DNA from: Burkholderiales bacterium
GTDB taxonomy: Bacteria; Pseudomonadota; Gammaproteobacteria; Burkholderiales; Burkholderiaceae_D
DNA: 64,000 nt
Direction: 5' to 3'
NCBI GenBank assembly: GCA_016200845.1
Contig: JACQDW010000067.1
Coordinates: 8,996 to 72,995, forward strand
The number at the start of each line of letters is the position of its first letter. Position 1 is the stretch's first letter. A program made the translations under genes and the position numbers. Of the stretch, positions 49,256 to 60,000 are shown piece by piece. The notes under the pieces are model-generated. The model was not told the origin of the DNA, made no database searches, and was given only the letters and a program-made list of their open reading frames with translations.

Positions 49256-50161
49256 TTAGAATCGATACGCTAATGCAGTCGATACGGTGACATTTGTTCT
49301 TTGTTGTACTAGCGGACTATTGGCCGCATTATTGAGTAAGTAGCTTGCATTTAATTTGGTCGTGACGAGCCACGAAGAGCTTAAATTGACATTCCAAAAT
49401 AAATCGAGATGGACGTCTTTGACGCCAGCGCGCGCTTTGTATTCCATTGGCACTCCCACAGGTGTCGCCATCTTCGTAAAGGCGACTCCATCAAAGAGTG
49501 AAATCGATTGCACCGGGCCATTGACGTTGTTCACCCCAAAATAACTACGCGCATAGGCTTGATTGACTGCTTGTATCCCTAGTCCGACTGTGATCGCCTG
49601 ATGCGAAGAAATCTCAGGCAATTTAAAGCGCACATCGGCGTTGTAGCGCAAGCCATTTCTATCATTACCTGAGCCGTATAAAAGCTGGTTATGCCAGCGC
49701 AGCTGAGGATTGAGCTGCATGTGATAAAAACCACCAGCGGTCAGGCGTGCTCTTACTGTGTTGAAAGCTGGTTTGATGCCAGCTTTACTTGACTCCATAT
49801 TGGCATCGCCGGAAGGGAAAAAATTATGTGCATCATCTGGGAAATTTCTGGAGCCGGTAGAATTGCGTCCAGGTTCAATGCCAATCAATGGGCCGAAATC
49901 GCGTTGTGGCTGATCCGATAAATGTAAGCCAGCGTGCATGCCAGAGATAAAGGCACCATTGCTCCACTGCATTTGGAAGACGGGCAATGCGCGCACTCGG
50001 TGTTGTTTTGATCCTTCATAATTGGGCCTGACGATGACACCCAAACCCATGTAAAGATCATGGCTGCCATCTGGCATCAGGTTTTGCGCAGGCGTTTGTG
50101 CCTGGCTTAAACCGCTCGTGCCGAGTAATGCAATAATTATGGCGTAAATTTTCTTCATCAT
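49256..50161 (-). CDS. MipA/OmpV family outer-membrane protein
   Basis: GLGV.V.PNYEGS...RALP, Y.RSYFGV, AANSPLV, C-terminal YRF. Confidence 0.85.
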   Translation of the reverse strand: MMKKIYAIIIALLGTSGLSQAQTPAQNLMPDGSHDLYMGLGVIVRPNYEGSKQHRVRALPVFQMQWSNGAFISGMHAGLHLSDQPQRDFGPLIGIEPGRNSTGSRNFPDDAHNFFPSGDANMESSKAGIKPAFNTVRARLTAGGFYHMQLNPQLRWHNQLLYGSGNDRNGLRYNADVRFKLPEISSHQAITVGLGIQAVNQAYARSYFGVNNVNGPVQSISLFDGVAFTKMATPVGVPMEYKARAGVKDVHLDLFWNVNLSSSWLVTTKLNASYLLNNAANSPLVQQRTNVTVSTALAYRF

Positions 50162-50283
50162 TTTTCTCAAGATTGATTACATGCGTCGCCGCAGACGCCA
50201 TTTTACAATCGAGAAAACCCTAAAAGTTTGAATGACTTAAAACAATACTGAAATAGTTGTATATCTGCCTGTCCCTGCTTGAT

Positions 50284-51486
50284 TTAAATTTGAATTTGCA
50301 CGCTATTAAATTCAAATTGATCGTCGTTACGTGGAATAGTCAGGAACATATAGGGCGAACTAATCGCCATCGCGCAAATCGTGCCAGGTGCGGGAGAACT
50401 ATCGTGATGGCTGACCCGGGTGACGCCATTGCTACGCCAGATCGCGACATCGTCGATGGCAAAACAGGCGTTGGCACGCTGTCCTAGAAACAAAGCCACA
50501 ACCATTTGTTTGGAGAAGTCGATCGCGGGAGCATTCATTGGCGTGTGCTCATTCCATAATGAACCCCACGTTTGCTGATCGCGAATCACAAGTTGTCGTT
50601 GCTGTTGAATGCGCGAGTCTTGGCCAGTCGCGAGTAGTTCATGTGCGACACGCAATTTGGATACATCAATAAAATCGACAGGCAAATCTAAACGGCGGGT
50701 CTTAATCAAATTCATTGGTGTACTGATGCCGCTATATTTAGGGTCGCAACTTGCGACTGATATTTTTTCATCTTGCGCAAATTCGACGCTTAGTTTTTGC
50801 CCGTCCGAAGCGAGCCGTAAAATTTGCGTGCTGCTGCAATTATTGGCTGTCTTAAAAAAGCTTGCCACGACCATGCTGGATAGAAAATCAGGTCGTTGAT
50901 CGATTGTATCTGGTTGAATATTTGCCTGATTCCAGAATTGGGTCCATGCGCTGATATCTCTGATCACCATGTTAGCTGGCGCCGCATTACGATAAAAAGA
51001 GGAGTTGAGTGCAAGCATCGGTAACACGCTCTCTTTACCCGCTGCGATTGTCAGTGCTTGCACTTGATGGGCTTTACCTAAACCGAGGTCCGCTTTTTCT
51101 AAATTTTGCAGTATCGTCTTAAATAAGCTCTCGTTTTCTTTGTCTGCGCAATTGAAGCGTGGTCCTGCGATGCTGTCGGCATTGGTGCAAAGAGTCGTTT
51201 GTGCTGTGTTTCCATATAAAGTCTGCGCATAAGCAGAGTCCGAACAAGAGCCAGCTTTGTCCCAGAATACAAACTTTTGATCGATAACGAACATGCGATT
51301 TTTGAGATTGTTGCAGCTGGCGGTTTGCGCCAATTCAACAAAAGCGCTGGTAGCGATTGGAGCCGGCGTATTGTGATTGCCAGATGCAGATGGGGCCGAT
51401 CCGGCGCCACATGCGCAAAGGCTAGTGCATAAAGCGAGTGAACTAATTTGATTCAATCTAGTCAATCGACTCAAGAGTAGGTGCAT
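50284..51486 (-). CDS. Lipoprotein with PrcB C-terminal-like domains
   Basis: Lipobox LCAC; two repeats VIRD...W..FW...PDF...MVVA.F and VIRD...W..LW...IDFSKQMVVALFLG; C.MAISSPY. Confidence 0.7.
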   Translation of the reverse strand: MHLLLSRLTRLNQISSLALCTSLCACGAGSAPSASGNHNTPAPIATSAFVELAQTASCNNLKNRMFVIDQKFVFWDKAGSCSDSAYAQTLYGNTAQTTLCTNADSIAGPRFNCADKENESLFKTILQNLEKADLGLGKAHQVQALTIAAGKESVLPMLALNSSFYRNAAPANMVIRDISAWTQFWNQANIQPDTIDQRPDFLSSMVVASFFKTANNCSSTQILRLASDGQKLSVEFAQDEKISVASCDPKYSGISTPMNLIKTRRLDLPVDFIDVSKLRVAHELLATGQDSRIQQQRQLVIRDQQTWGSLWNEHTPMNAPAIDFSKQMVVALFLGQRANACFAIDDVAIWRSNGVTRVSHHDSSPAPGTICAMAISSPYMFLTIPRNDDQFEFNSVQIQI

Positions 51487-51640
51487 GTGCGTATCCAGAA
51501 GAACGAAGTCAGGGATATCTTAGTGGCTGGGAGATGTGCATTCATCCCGAAAATAACGTGTTTTTGTCATCAATTTGTAAAACATCGCCGCGCTGCGACA
51601 CATTCTTATAGAATACGCATGACATTAGAGTGAGCTAGGT

Positions 51641-52710
51641 GTGAATCGATTATTTTTACGTTTTTTGGGACCGGTGTTGCTATCGATAGCGTTGGCAACG
51701 GTCTTTGTTTATGCAGCGATCACATGGTTGTTTGGTGACCCCATCGAACAAAATGCGATGCGTCAGGCTGCGCCTCAAGTTTTTTTAATCGAGCAGTATA
51801 TTGATAAGGCCGCTCCGGATGAGTGGTTGTCACGTTTAAATAAAGTGCGCGAAGTCTCGCAAGTCAGTTTTGAATTACTCCCTTTGGCACAAACAATGGC
51901 GAAGACTTTGGCGCAGGGCATTTAAGTGTGCGTGCCAATCTTCCCAGTAATGCCAATATTTATCCGCTGGCGGTACAAATCAACGAGATGGCATCGCGGA
52001 TAGAACAATTGTTGGGTACGCATAAAAATTTGCTGCACTCGGTCTCGCATGAATTGCGCACGCCGATTGCCCGTCTCGAATTTGCACTGGAGATTTTGCA
52101 AAATTCCGCGCATGACATTAAGAGTCAGGATCGCATCAATGCCATGCAAGGCGACTTGGGGGAGCTAAATACCTTGGTTTCTGAGCTGTTGAATATGGCG
52201 AAATTGGATCAGCAGCACAGTCCTTTGCAGCTCTCGTTGATTCATGCTGAAAGCTTACTTGATCGCTGCGTCAATCAACTTCCTCCCTATCCGCCTCAAT
52301 TGCAAGTGCACACCATCGCGCAACACAATGTTCCCGATATTTATGGTGATCCGCGCTTGCTGCCACGCGCGATTGTGAATCTATTGAAGAATGCTTTGAA
52401 ATATGCGCAAAAAGAGATTCGTTTATCGATAGAGCAAGATGCCGATCGTTTTCATGCGGGTGTGTGGCGTATTTCGGTTGAGGATGATGGCCCTGGTATT
52501 CCGCTAGGTGAGCGGGCCAAAGTGTTTGAGGCGTTTTATCGCTTAGATCGCAGTCGCGATCGGGCGACGGGTGGATTTGGTTTGGGACTTTCCATCGTTA
52601 AACAAATCGTGGAATTGCATCACGGCCGGATAGAAATACGTGATTCAGAATTGGGCGGTGCTAAGTTTGTGATTCACTTGCCCGCGTTGACGCCAGAACA
52701 GCCCTCGTAA
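51641..52710 (+). pseudogene. RstB/CpxA-like sensor histidine kinase, frameshifted with apparent internal deletion
   Basis: ORF 51641-51925 has TM1 and part of the periplasmic domain; another frame carries the HAMP end (EDFGAGHLSVRA), SVSHELRTP and GGFGLGL; TM2 is missing. Confidence 0.75.
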
Positions 52711-52735
52711 TTACAAGGGCTGTCTTCTTGATGCC

Positions 52736-54532
52736 TTAGATTGCTTGCGTTCGCGTTTCTAACCAATGCAAAGCCGCACCAGTTAGGCGCGTAGACAATC
52801 GCTGCTGCACCATCGCGTGATAGGTATTGATCCAATCTTTTTCAGTTTGATCGAGGAGGGTTATCTCCATACAGCGTGTGTCGATCGGGCACAGCGTCAG
52901 TGTTTCAAATTCCAGGAACTCGCCAAACTCGCCATGCTCCAGCTTGGCTGCGGGCGTACACAGCAATAAATTTTCTATTCGCACACCCCATTTGCCGGGA
53001 CGATAAATACCCGGTTCATCGGACGTAATCATACCGGCTTCCATCACCATATTGGCATCGGGAATTGCACCAGAAATCGATTGCGGACCTTCATGTACAT
53101 TCAAAAAGAAACCGACGCCGTGTCCGGTGCCGTGCCCGTAATTGATGCCATGTGCCCACATCGGCGCACGCGCGATGGTGTCGAGCGAGGTAGAGTAAGT
53201 GCCGCGTGGGAAACGCATGCGCGACAAGGCGATCATGCCTTTGAGTACCAGCGTGAAGTCACGTTTTTGAGCGGGTGACACTTGTCCTATGCCGACTACC
53301 CGCGTGATATCAGTGGTGCCATTCAAGTATTGACCGCCAGAGTCGATCAGCAATAAACCATCACCCTCAATCACAGCGTGCGATTCTGCCGTAGCACGAT
53401 AGTGAGGCATCGCGCCATTGGCGTTAAAGCCTGCAATGGTGCCGAAGCTCGGTGAAATAAAATGCGCTTGCCGGGCGCGCGCCGCGCAAATCTGTTCATC
53501 GATAGTGATTTCTGTGATGCTGGTTTTGCCAAGGCTATCTTCGAGCCAGGAGAAAAATTCACAGAGCGCAGCGCCATCTTGCTCCATCGCCGTACGCACG
53601 CAAGCGACTTCGGCGTCAGTCTTGCGCGACTTCATCAAGACAGTGGGATTGAGACTTTCTTTGATCTGCACATGGGTAGCAATCGCTTGTTTGAAACCAT
53701 CGGTAATGCGGCGCGGATCAATTAAAAGCTTTGCATCTTGCGGCAATTGTGCGAGCGCTTTTGCAGCGCTGTGGTAATCCGCGAGTTGAATATTCTCTTG
53801 CGCTAAAGCTGATCTTATCGCTGCCGGCACTTTCTCTGCTTGTATGAATAAAGTGGCGCTATCGATTCCGATTAAGGCATGGGCGATGAAGACTGGGTTG
53901 TAACTGACATCGCTACCACGCAAATTGAGTAGCCAGGCGATATCATCGACGGTAGAAATGAAATGCCAGTCGGCAGCTTTGTCGCGCATGGCTTTTCTCA
54001 ACATGGCGAGTTTTTCTGCGCGGCTGGTGCTGGCGAAGGGCGGTGCATGTTCAAATACGCTGGCTGTCGGTAAACTGGGACGATTCTCCCACACCGTACT
54101 GAGGACGTCGTGATCGGTATTTAAGACAATACTTTTTTCTTCCAGACCAGAGCGCAAGGCGCGTGCCGTTGCCAGTCCTAAGACTTTGCCATCAACGCTA
54201 AGCACCGAGTGCGCGGGCAAGGTTTGCACCAGCCATTCGATATAGACGGTCGCTGCGGCGGAATGCGTTTTCATCATGGTGACACCCGTACCCGCCAACT
54301 CGTTTTCTGCTTGTGACCAATAGCGACTATCGACCCAGCATCCGGCAAAATCTTGCGTCACGATCAGTGTCGCTACTGAACCCGTGAAGCCTGAAAAATA
54401 TTCGCGACCTTGCCAGTGCGCGGGCAAATATTCAGATAAATGAGGATCGGAAGAGGGAATCAGAACAGCGTCAAAACCTTGCTGTTGCATGGCGACGCGT
54501 AATTGCTGCAGACGTTGTGGAATAGGTGACAT
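52736..54532 (-). CDS. Aminopeptidase P family (M24B) protein
   Basis: DPHLSEY, DSGGQYLNGTTDITR, HGTGHGVG, HEGP, EPGIY..GKWGVRIENL. Confidence 0.93.
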   Translation of the reverse strand: MSPIPQRLQQLRVAMQQQGFDAVLIPSSDPHLSEYLPAHWQGREYFSGFTGSVATLIVTQDFAGCWVDSRYWSQAENELAGTGVTMMKTHSAAATVYIEWLVQTLPAHSVLSVDGKVLGLATARALRSGLEEKSIVLNTDHDVLSTVWENRPSLPTASVFEHAPPFASTSRAEKLAMLRKAMRDKAADWHFISTVDDIAWLLNLRGSDVSYNPVFIAHALIGIDSATLFIQAEKVPAAIRSALAQENIQLADYHSAAKALAQLPQDAKLLIDPRRITDGFKQAIATHVQIKESLNPTVLMKSRKTDAEVACVRTAMEQDGAALCEFFSWLEDSLGKTSITEITIDEQICAARARQAHFISPSFGTIAGFNANGAMPHYRATAESHAVIEGDGLLLIDSGGQYLNGTTDITRVVGIGQVSPAQKRDFTLVLKGMIALSRMRFPRGTYSTSLDTIARAPMWAHGINYGHGTGHGVGFFLNVHEGPQSISGAIPDANMVMEAGMITSDEPGIYRPGKWGVRIENLLLCTPAAKLEHGEFGEFLEFETLTLCPIDTRCMEITLLDQTEKDWINTYHAMVQQRLSTRLTGAALHWLETRTQAI

Positions 54533-54586
54533 GGCATATTCTTCATGTGACGTGCCACGCGGCTTTTGCGCATGGCGTGGTGAAAA

Positions 54587-55060
54587 TTAAATGTAGCGGC
54601 GCAAGACCAAAGGCACAGCTTCGTGCGGATTGACGTGCATGTAATCAAGCTCGGGTGCCAGTTCAAATGCATAGGCCATATAGAAATCAACCAGACGCTC
54701 CTGATCGGCACGTACACCTAAGCGCAATTCTTGTATGCCGGTCGCTTGTGCATGGTGAATCACGGCTTCCAGCAAGTGTTGAGATAAGGCTTCACCGCGA
54801 AAGGCGGGCAGGATGCCCATACGTCGCATTTCCCAAGTACGGGTATCGCTGTCGATGGGGAGCCAGCGCACGGATCCGGCGGGCTCTTCATTGACCAATA
54901 AAATAAAACCGCCGCCTTGCAATAATTCTTGCGCGACTTTATCACTGCTTTCTAAGTGGCCGGAACTGCTGGGAGCGACTTTTTCTGCCCAACTGGCGCG
55001 AGTTAAATGCGCCAGCAAAGGCGCATCTTCTACTCGGGCTTCTCGTATGACGATGTCCAT
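54587..55060 (-). CDS. GNAT family N-acetyltransferase
   Basis: MGILPAFRGEALS, LVDFY. Confidence 0.8.
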   Translation of the reverse strand: MDIVIREARVEDAPLLAHLTRASWAEKVAPSSSGHLESSDKVAQELLQGGGFILLVNEEPAGSVRWLPIDSDTRTWEMRRMGILPAFRGEALSQHLLEAVIHHAQATGIQELRLGVRADQERLVDFYMAYAFELAPELDYMHVNPHEAVPLVLRRYI

Positions 55061-55075
55061 AAATTGAGAATGAGG

Positions 55076-57193
55076 TTAACGTACACGCATACCCGGCTCC
55101 GCGCCTGGCCATGCTTCCAAAATATACAAACCGGGATTGGTTTTTTCATCTGCAGCCGAGGCCGCCAAGACCATGCCTTCGGACATGCCAAATTTCATCT
55201 TGCGCGGCGCCAAGTTGGCGACCATGACGGTGAATTTACCGATCAATTGTTCGGGCTGATACGCTGATTTAATGCCTGAGAAGACATTGCGCGTTTTACC
55301 TTCGCCCACGTCCAAAGTCAGACGCAACAGTTTGTCTGAACCATCGACATGTTCGCAATTGACGATCTTGGCGATACGCAAATCGACTTTGGCGAAATCA
55401 TCGATTTTAATTTCTGGCGCGAGTGACTCAATCGCGCCGCTAACTTCACCCGCCCCTTCAGGGGGAGGGCTGGGGAGGGGGTGGATTTCCGTCGAGCTAG
55501 CAACTGTCTTTTCGGGTGTTGGTTTAGACGCTTCAACAGGCGCATCAAACAACTGATCAAAAATCAGCGGATCAACCCGCTGCATCAAGTGTACATAAGG
55601 ATTGATACGATGCTGATCCGGCATCGCAGTCTGTACGCTATCCCATTGCAAAGGCGCGATATTGAGCTGCGCTTCTACTTGTGTCGCTAAGTGCGGCAAG
55701 ACAGGTTTTAAGAACACCGTCAAAATGCGGAAGGCTTCTAGTAAGCGGCTGCACACTTCCTGCAATTTGTCGTTGTTCTCTGCTTGCTTCGCCAGTTCCC
55801 AAGGCTTGTTGGCATCGACATAGGCGTTCACGAGATCAGCTTGCTCCATCACCGCACGCAGCGCTTTGCCATATTCGCGCGCTTCGTACAAGGCTTGAAT
55901 ATCGCCAGAAACCGCGCGCAGATTTTGGATGAAGGCATCGTCGTTGGTCGCCCACTTTGTGGTGATCACACCGTCAAAACGTTTCGTGATAAATCCCGCT
56001 GCGCGACTGGCGATGTTGATGTATTTGCCGATCAGATCGGAATTAACACGCGCGACAAAATCGTCTGGGTTCATGTCCAGATCTTCGACCTTGGCGTTTA
56101 ATTTGGCCGCAAAATAATAGCGCAGCCACTCAGGATTCATGCCGATATCGAGGTAACGCAAAGGTGAAATGCCGGTGCCGCGCGACTTGGACATTTTTTC
56201 GCCAGAGACGGTGACAAAGCCGTGTGCATACACGTGATCTGGTATTTTGTAACCAGAAAACTTCAACATCGCTGGCCAGAATAAGGTGTGGAAGTAGGTG
56301 ATGTCTTTGCCGATGAAATGAATCTGCTCGGTGCTTGGATCTGCCATGAAGGCATCGAAATCACGTCCAGTTTTATTGAAATAATTTTTCAACGACGCGA
56401 GATAACCGACCGGCGCATCAAGCCAAACATAAAAATATTTGCCCGGTTGATCGGGAATTTCAATGCCAAAATAAGGAGCATCGCGACTGATATCCCAGTC
56501 ACCCAAACCGCCTTCACCTTCCAGCCATTCTTTGCATTTATTCGCCACTTCCGATTGCAAGCGATTGTCTTGCAAAGCCCAGCCGCGTAAAAATTCGACG
56601 CATTTTTCGTCCGACAATTTAAAGAAAAAATGCTCTGACGATTTCATCACCGGTGTCGCACCAGTCAATACTGAATAAGGGTTTTTGACTTCCGTCGGCG
56701 CATACACCGCGGAGCACACTTCGCATGAATCACCATACTGATCTTTGGCGCCGCATTTGGGACATTCACCCTTGATGTAGCGGTCAGGCAAAAACATGTT
56801 TTTGACCGGGTCATAAAATTGTTCGATAGTTTTGCTAGTGATAAAGCCAGCAGCTTTGAGTTTGCGATAAATGTCTTGCGACAGCGCGTGATTTTCCGCG
56901 CCATCGGTCGAGTGCCAGTTGTCGAATTTGACGTGAAATCCATCGAGATATTGCTGACGGCCAGCCGCGATTTGTCCCACAAATTCTTGCGGTGTGATGC
57001 CTGCTTTTTCGGCAGCGATCATGATAGGCGCGCCATGCGCATCGTCCGCACAAACGAAGTTGACCTCATGCCCCGACATTCGCTGATGACGAACCCAGAT
57101 ATCAGCCTGGATGTATTCCATGATATGGCCGAGATGGAAAGGCGCGTTCGCGTAGGGAAGGGCAGTGGTAACAAACAGCTTGCGGGTCATCAT
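55076..57193 (-). CDS. metG: Methionine--tRNA ligase
   Basis: [12 protein letters not shown], Zn knuckle CPKC/CEVC, KMSKS, C-terminal tRNA-binding domain. Confidence 0.97.
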   Translation of the reverse strand: MMTRKLFVTTALPYANAPFHLGHIMEYIQADIWVRHQRMSGHEVNFVCADDAHGAPIMIAAEKAGITPQEFVGQIAAGRQQYLDGFHVKFDNWHSTDGAENHALSQDIYRKLKAAGFITSKTIEQFYDPVKNMFLPDRYIKGECPKCGAKDQYGDSCEVCSAVYAPTEVKNPYSVLTGATPVMKSSEHFFFKLSDEKCVEFLRGWALQDNRLQSEVANKCKEWLEGEGGLGDWDISRDAPYFGIEIPDQPGKYFYVWLDAPVGYLASLKNYFNKTGRDFDAFMADPSTEQIHFIGKDITYFHTLFWPAMLKFSGYKIPDHVYAHGFVTVSGEKMSKSRGTGISPLRYLDIGMNPEWLRYYFAAKLNAKVEDLDMNPDDFVARVNSDLIGKYINIASRAAGFITKRFDGVITTKWATNDDAFIQNLRAVSGDIQALYEAREYGKALRAVMEQADLVNAYVDANKPWELAKQAENNDKLQEVCSRLLEAFRILTVFLKPVLPHLATQVEAQLNIAPLQWDSVQTAMPDQHRINPYVHLMQRVDPLIFDQLFDAPVEASKPTPEKTVASSTEIHPLPSPPPEGAGEVSGAIESLAPEIKIDDFAKVDLRIAKIVNCEHVDGSDKLLRLTLDVGEGKTRNVFSGIKSAYQPEQLIGKFTVMVANLAPRKMKFGMSEGMVLAASAADEKTNPGLYILEAWPGAEPGMRVR
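55447..55483. repeat. CCC(T/G)CCCC-hairpin-GGGGAGGG palindromic repeat in frame within the metG linker
   Basis: CACCCGCCCCTTCAGGGGGAGGGCTGGGGAGGGGGTG; encodes [12 protein letters not shown]. Confidence 0.6.
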
Positions 57194-57240
57194 CTTGAAT
57201 TTCTATTTTGAAAGAGGAAAAGACGTATTTTAACAGCGAA

Positions 57241-57283
57241 AACCCGCATCACAGAACTTTGCGTGCTTCTGTGTATGCGGGTT
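57241..57283. terminator. Hairpin between the DUF4214 gene and metG
   Basis: AACCCGCAT-CACAGAA...TTCTGTG-T-ATGCGGGTT. Confidence 0.55.
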
Positions 57284-57308
57284 GTTGTGTGGGGATTTTT
57301 AATCCGAT

Positions 57309-58595
57309 TTAATTGGGCAGCGGGAAGTTGCAGCGCACGTTTTTTGAAAAGTCAGTGAGAAATTTGACTTCAGCAGTGAGTGACGGGGTTTGAGAGAATC
57401 GTTTTATTCCAGGTGATTTCAGGTCTAAACTGAAAGACTGTAAGAAGCCAGATACGAGTATCCATGAAAAATAGGCGTCTGGACTTGATGCAATGGCTGT
57501 TGATTTCAGGTAGGAAACGCTGTACGGTTTTTTGAACTGATAGCTGTTGATACCGACGACCATGGAGATGGTACCGTCGTCTGAGATCGATAGATTACAA
57601 GCTGTGTTGCCAAAACTGGTGGTGCCAGCCGCTGTCCCCACAAAGCAAGAACTCGCACCAGGGTCGTTACTGGAGCCTTCCGGACAGGCTTGTGCGTGGC
57701 TTAATATCTGCGCTACGTCAGGTTTTGCGATAACGGGTGCTGTAAAAATATCCGCGCTATCGTCTGTGCCTACGGCGATGAGTTTTTTTGCATTGACGGT
57801 TTCATATTGGCTGACCGCAGCGGCGATTTTCATACCGTTGGTGATTGAATCGCTGTCAGTCAGATAGCCAAGGCCTTGTTTGATAGCAAAATAGTCGGCG
57901 ATGCTTAATTTGTTGTCGAGTAAGTCTGCTACATAACCATAATCTTTGTTTCCTTTGAACGTGTGCGCGGAATAGAGAATGCTAGCAACCAAACTGGCGC
58001 GGGTTTCTTTTCAACTCACAAGGCTATTGCTCCAATAGTCCATTCCACCTTGATCGACGCTAGTCCGGCCAAGCACGTTTTTATAAACAATTTTGATGAA
58101 ATCACCATTGCTCATCGCTGTGTTATAGCCAGTTTCTACCGGGAAATTTAACGCAGCCATGTAAAAGGTCTCCGCGACTTGATTGATGCTTGCACCTGCG
58201 GCGACTTGATCTATCCAATATGCCAGGCCGTTTGCGTCGGGTACGCGATTAAAAAATGCAACGTAGAGTTCTTCAATTTTCTGGACGTTGGTGGCGGAAA
58301 TTGTGCTGACTTTTTTCGCGATTTGCAGATTGACGCTGACATCGGCAAATTGCAAGCTGGTGATGCCGCTATCGATCATAGTGATTTTGGATGTTGCGGT
58401 TTCACTGACTGCAAAACCACTCGCAGTGTTGCGAATTGTGTAGTTAGCGCGCAAGCCCGGAAAACTCTGCATCGTTGCCGTGGGAGTATAGGCAGGCGGC
58501 GGCATTTCTGTGTGTACCGGTGAGGATGGATTTCCTCCGCAGGCGAATAATAAGAAGCTGGAACAAGTGAGGAGTAGGGGACGTATGCTTTTCAT
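57309..58595 (-). pseudogene. DUF4214-like (S-layer-associated) lipoprotein interrupted by a single in-frame TGA
   Basis: Lipobox LFAC; ELYVAFFNRVPDANGLAYW, VYKNVLGR; the frame continues ...SLVS*KETRASLVASILYSAHTFKG through TGA at 58011-58013. Confidence 0.75.
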
Positions 58596-58892
58596 ATTTG
58601 GCTGTGTTGAGAGTTTATGGTTAAAGAAAGTGCTCGGTTTGTTGGACCAAGGTGTGAAAAAATTGGGACGCTGTCTCGAAAATATTGCTTGCACATGTAA
58701 GATGATTGATTTTCTTTCTTGGCAATGAAAGTAAAGCATCATATTCGACATTGCTATTCTTTGCAATTTTCCATAGGTAAACTAAATTCCAAAAAATGCA
58801 AATGTAACCCGGGAATACGGACGCGTAGCAGGGGTATCCGTGGATCGGTGTGCAATTTACGTTAGACTGACGGAAATTGAATGGAGAATGGC

Positions 58893-59996
58893 ATGTCAGT
58901 CGCAAATACAAACGAACAAATCGAACAGATTCGCGCAGCGTTAGCGCAGGTGATTGATCCGAATACGCAAAAAGACTTGGTCACGTCCAAGGCAATTAAA
59001 CAAATACAAATGAGTCAAGGCACAGCGTCGATAACCGTGGAACTGGGCTATCCTGCGCAGAGCCAATTAAGCCTCATTGACGATCTGGTTAAGCAAGCTT
59101 TGGCAGGCTTAAGCGGGGTAGAGCATGTCGAAGTGCGGGTGAGCAGTAAAATCATCGCGCATACCGTGCAACGTGGAATTAAGTTGATGCCCAATGTTAA
59201 AAATATTATTGCAGTGGCGTCTGGCAAGGGCGGCGTGGGCAAGTCAACGACGGCGGTGAATCTGGCGCTGGCCTTGGCTGCAGAAGGGGCGGCAGTCGGT
59301 CTATTGGATGCCGACATTTATGGACCGTCGCAACCGATGATGATGGGGGTAGCTGGCAAGCCGGAATCGGCGGATGGAAAAACCATGGAGCCATTGGAAA
59401 ACTATGGCGTACAGGTATCCTCGATCGGTTTTATGATAGACCCCGATTCGCCTATGGTGTGGCGAGGGCCGATGGTGACGCAAGCTCTGCAACAATTGCT
59501 GGAATTGACGAATTGGCGTGACCTTGATTATTTGATTGTCGATATGCCGCCGGGCACCGGGGATATACAATTAACGCTCTCCCAAAAAGTGCCAGTTACT
59601 GGCGCGGTGATCGTGACCACGCCACAAGATATCGCCTTGCTCGATGCGCGCAAGGGATTGAAAATGTTTGAAAAAGTCGGCATTCCGATTTTGGGCATCG
59701 TCGAAAATATGAGCACCCATGTCTGCTCCAATTGCGGCCATCACGAAGCGATTTTTGGCGCTGGCGGCGGTGAAAAAATGTGTGCGGAGTATGGCGTTGA
59801 TTTCCTCGGTGGCTTGCCATTAACGATGGCAATACGGGAGCAAGCTGATTCCGGCAAGCCCACAGTGGTCGCTGATCCTGATTGTGAAGTGGCGCGCATT
59901 TATAAAACGATTGCACGCAAAGTGGCGATTAAAGTGGCAGAGAAGGCGAAAGACATGAGCAGTAAATTCCCTACGATTACCGTCCAGAACACCTAA
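58893..59996 (+). CDS. apbC: Iron-sulfur cluster carrier protein ApbC/Mrp
   Basis: VASGKGGVGKST, DADIYGPS, DMPPGTGD, CSNC. Confidence 0.94.
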   Translation: MSVANTNEQIEQIRAALAQVIDPNTQKDLVTSKAIKQIQMSQGTASITVELGYPAQSQLSLIDDLVKQALAGLSGVEHVEVRVSSKIIAHTVQRGIKLMPNVKNIIAVASGKGGVGKSTTAVNLALALAAEGAAVGLLDADIYGPSQPMMMGVAGKPESADGKTMEPLENYGVQVSSIGFMIDPDSPMVWRGPMVTQALQQLLELTNWRDLDYLIVDMPPGTGDIQLTLSQKVPVTGAVIVTTPQDIALLDARKGLKMFEKVGIPILGIVENMSTHVCSNCGHHEAIFGAGGGEKMCAEYGVDFLGGLPLTMAIREQADSGKPTVVADPDCEVARIYKTIARKVAIKVAEKAKDMSSKFPTITVQNT

Positions 59997-60000
59997 AGAA

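Noticed and set aside
57960-58013. Selenocysteine recoding of the in-frame TGA
   Set aside because: No SECIS-like hairpin downstream and the position is not a redox Cys site
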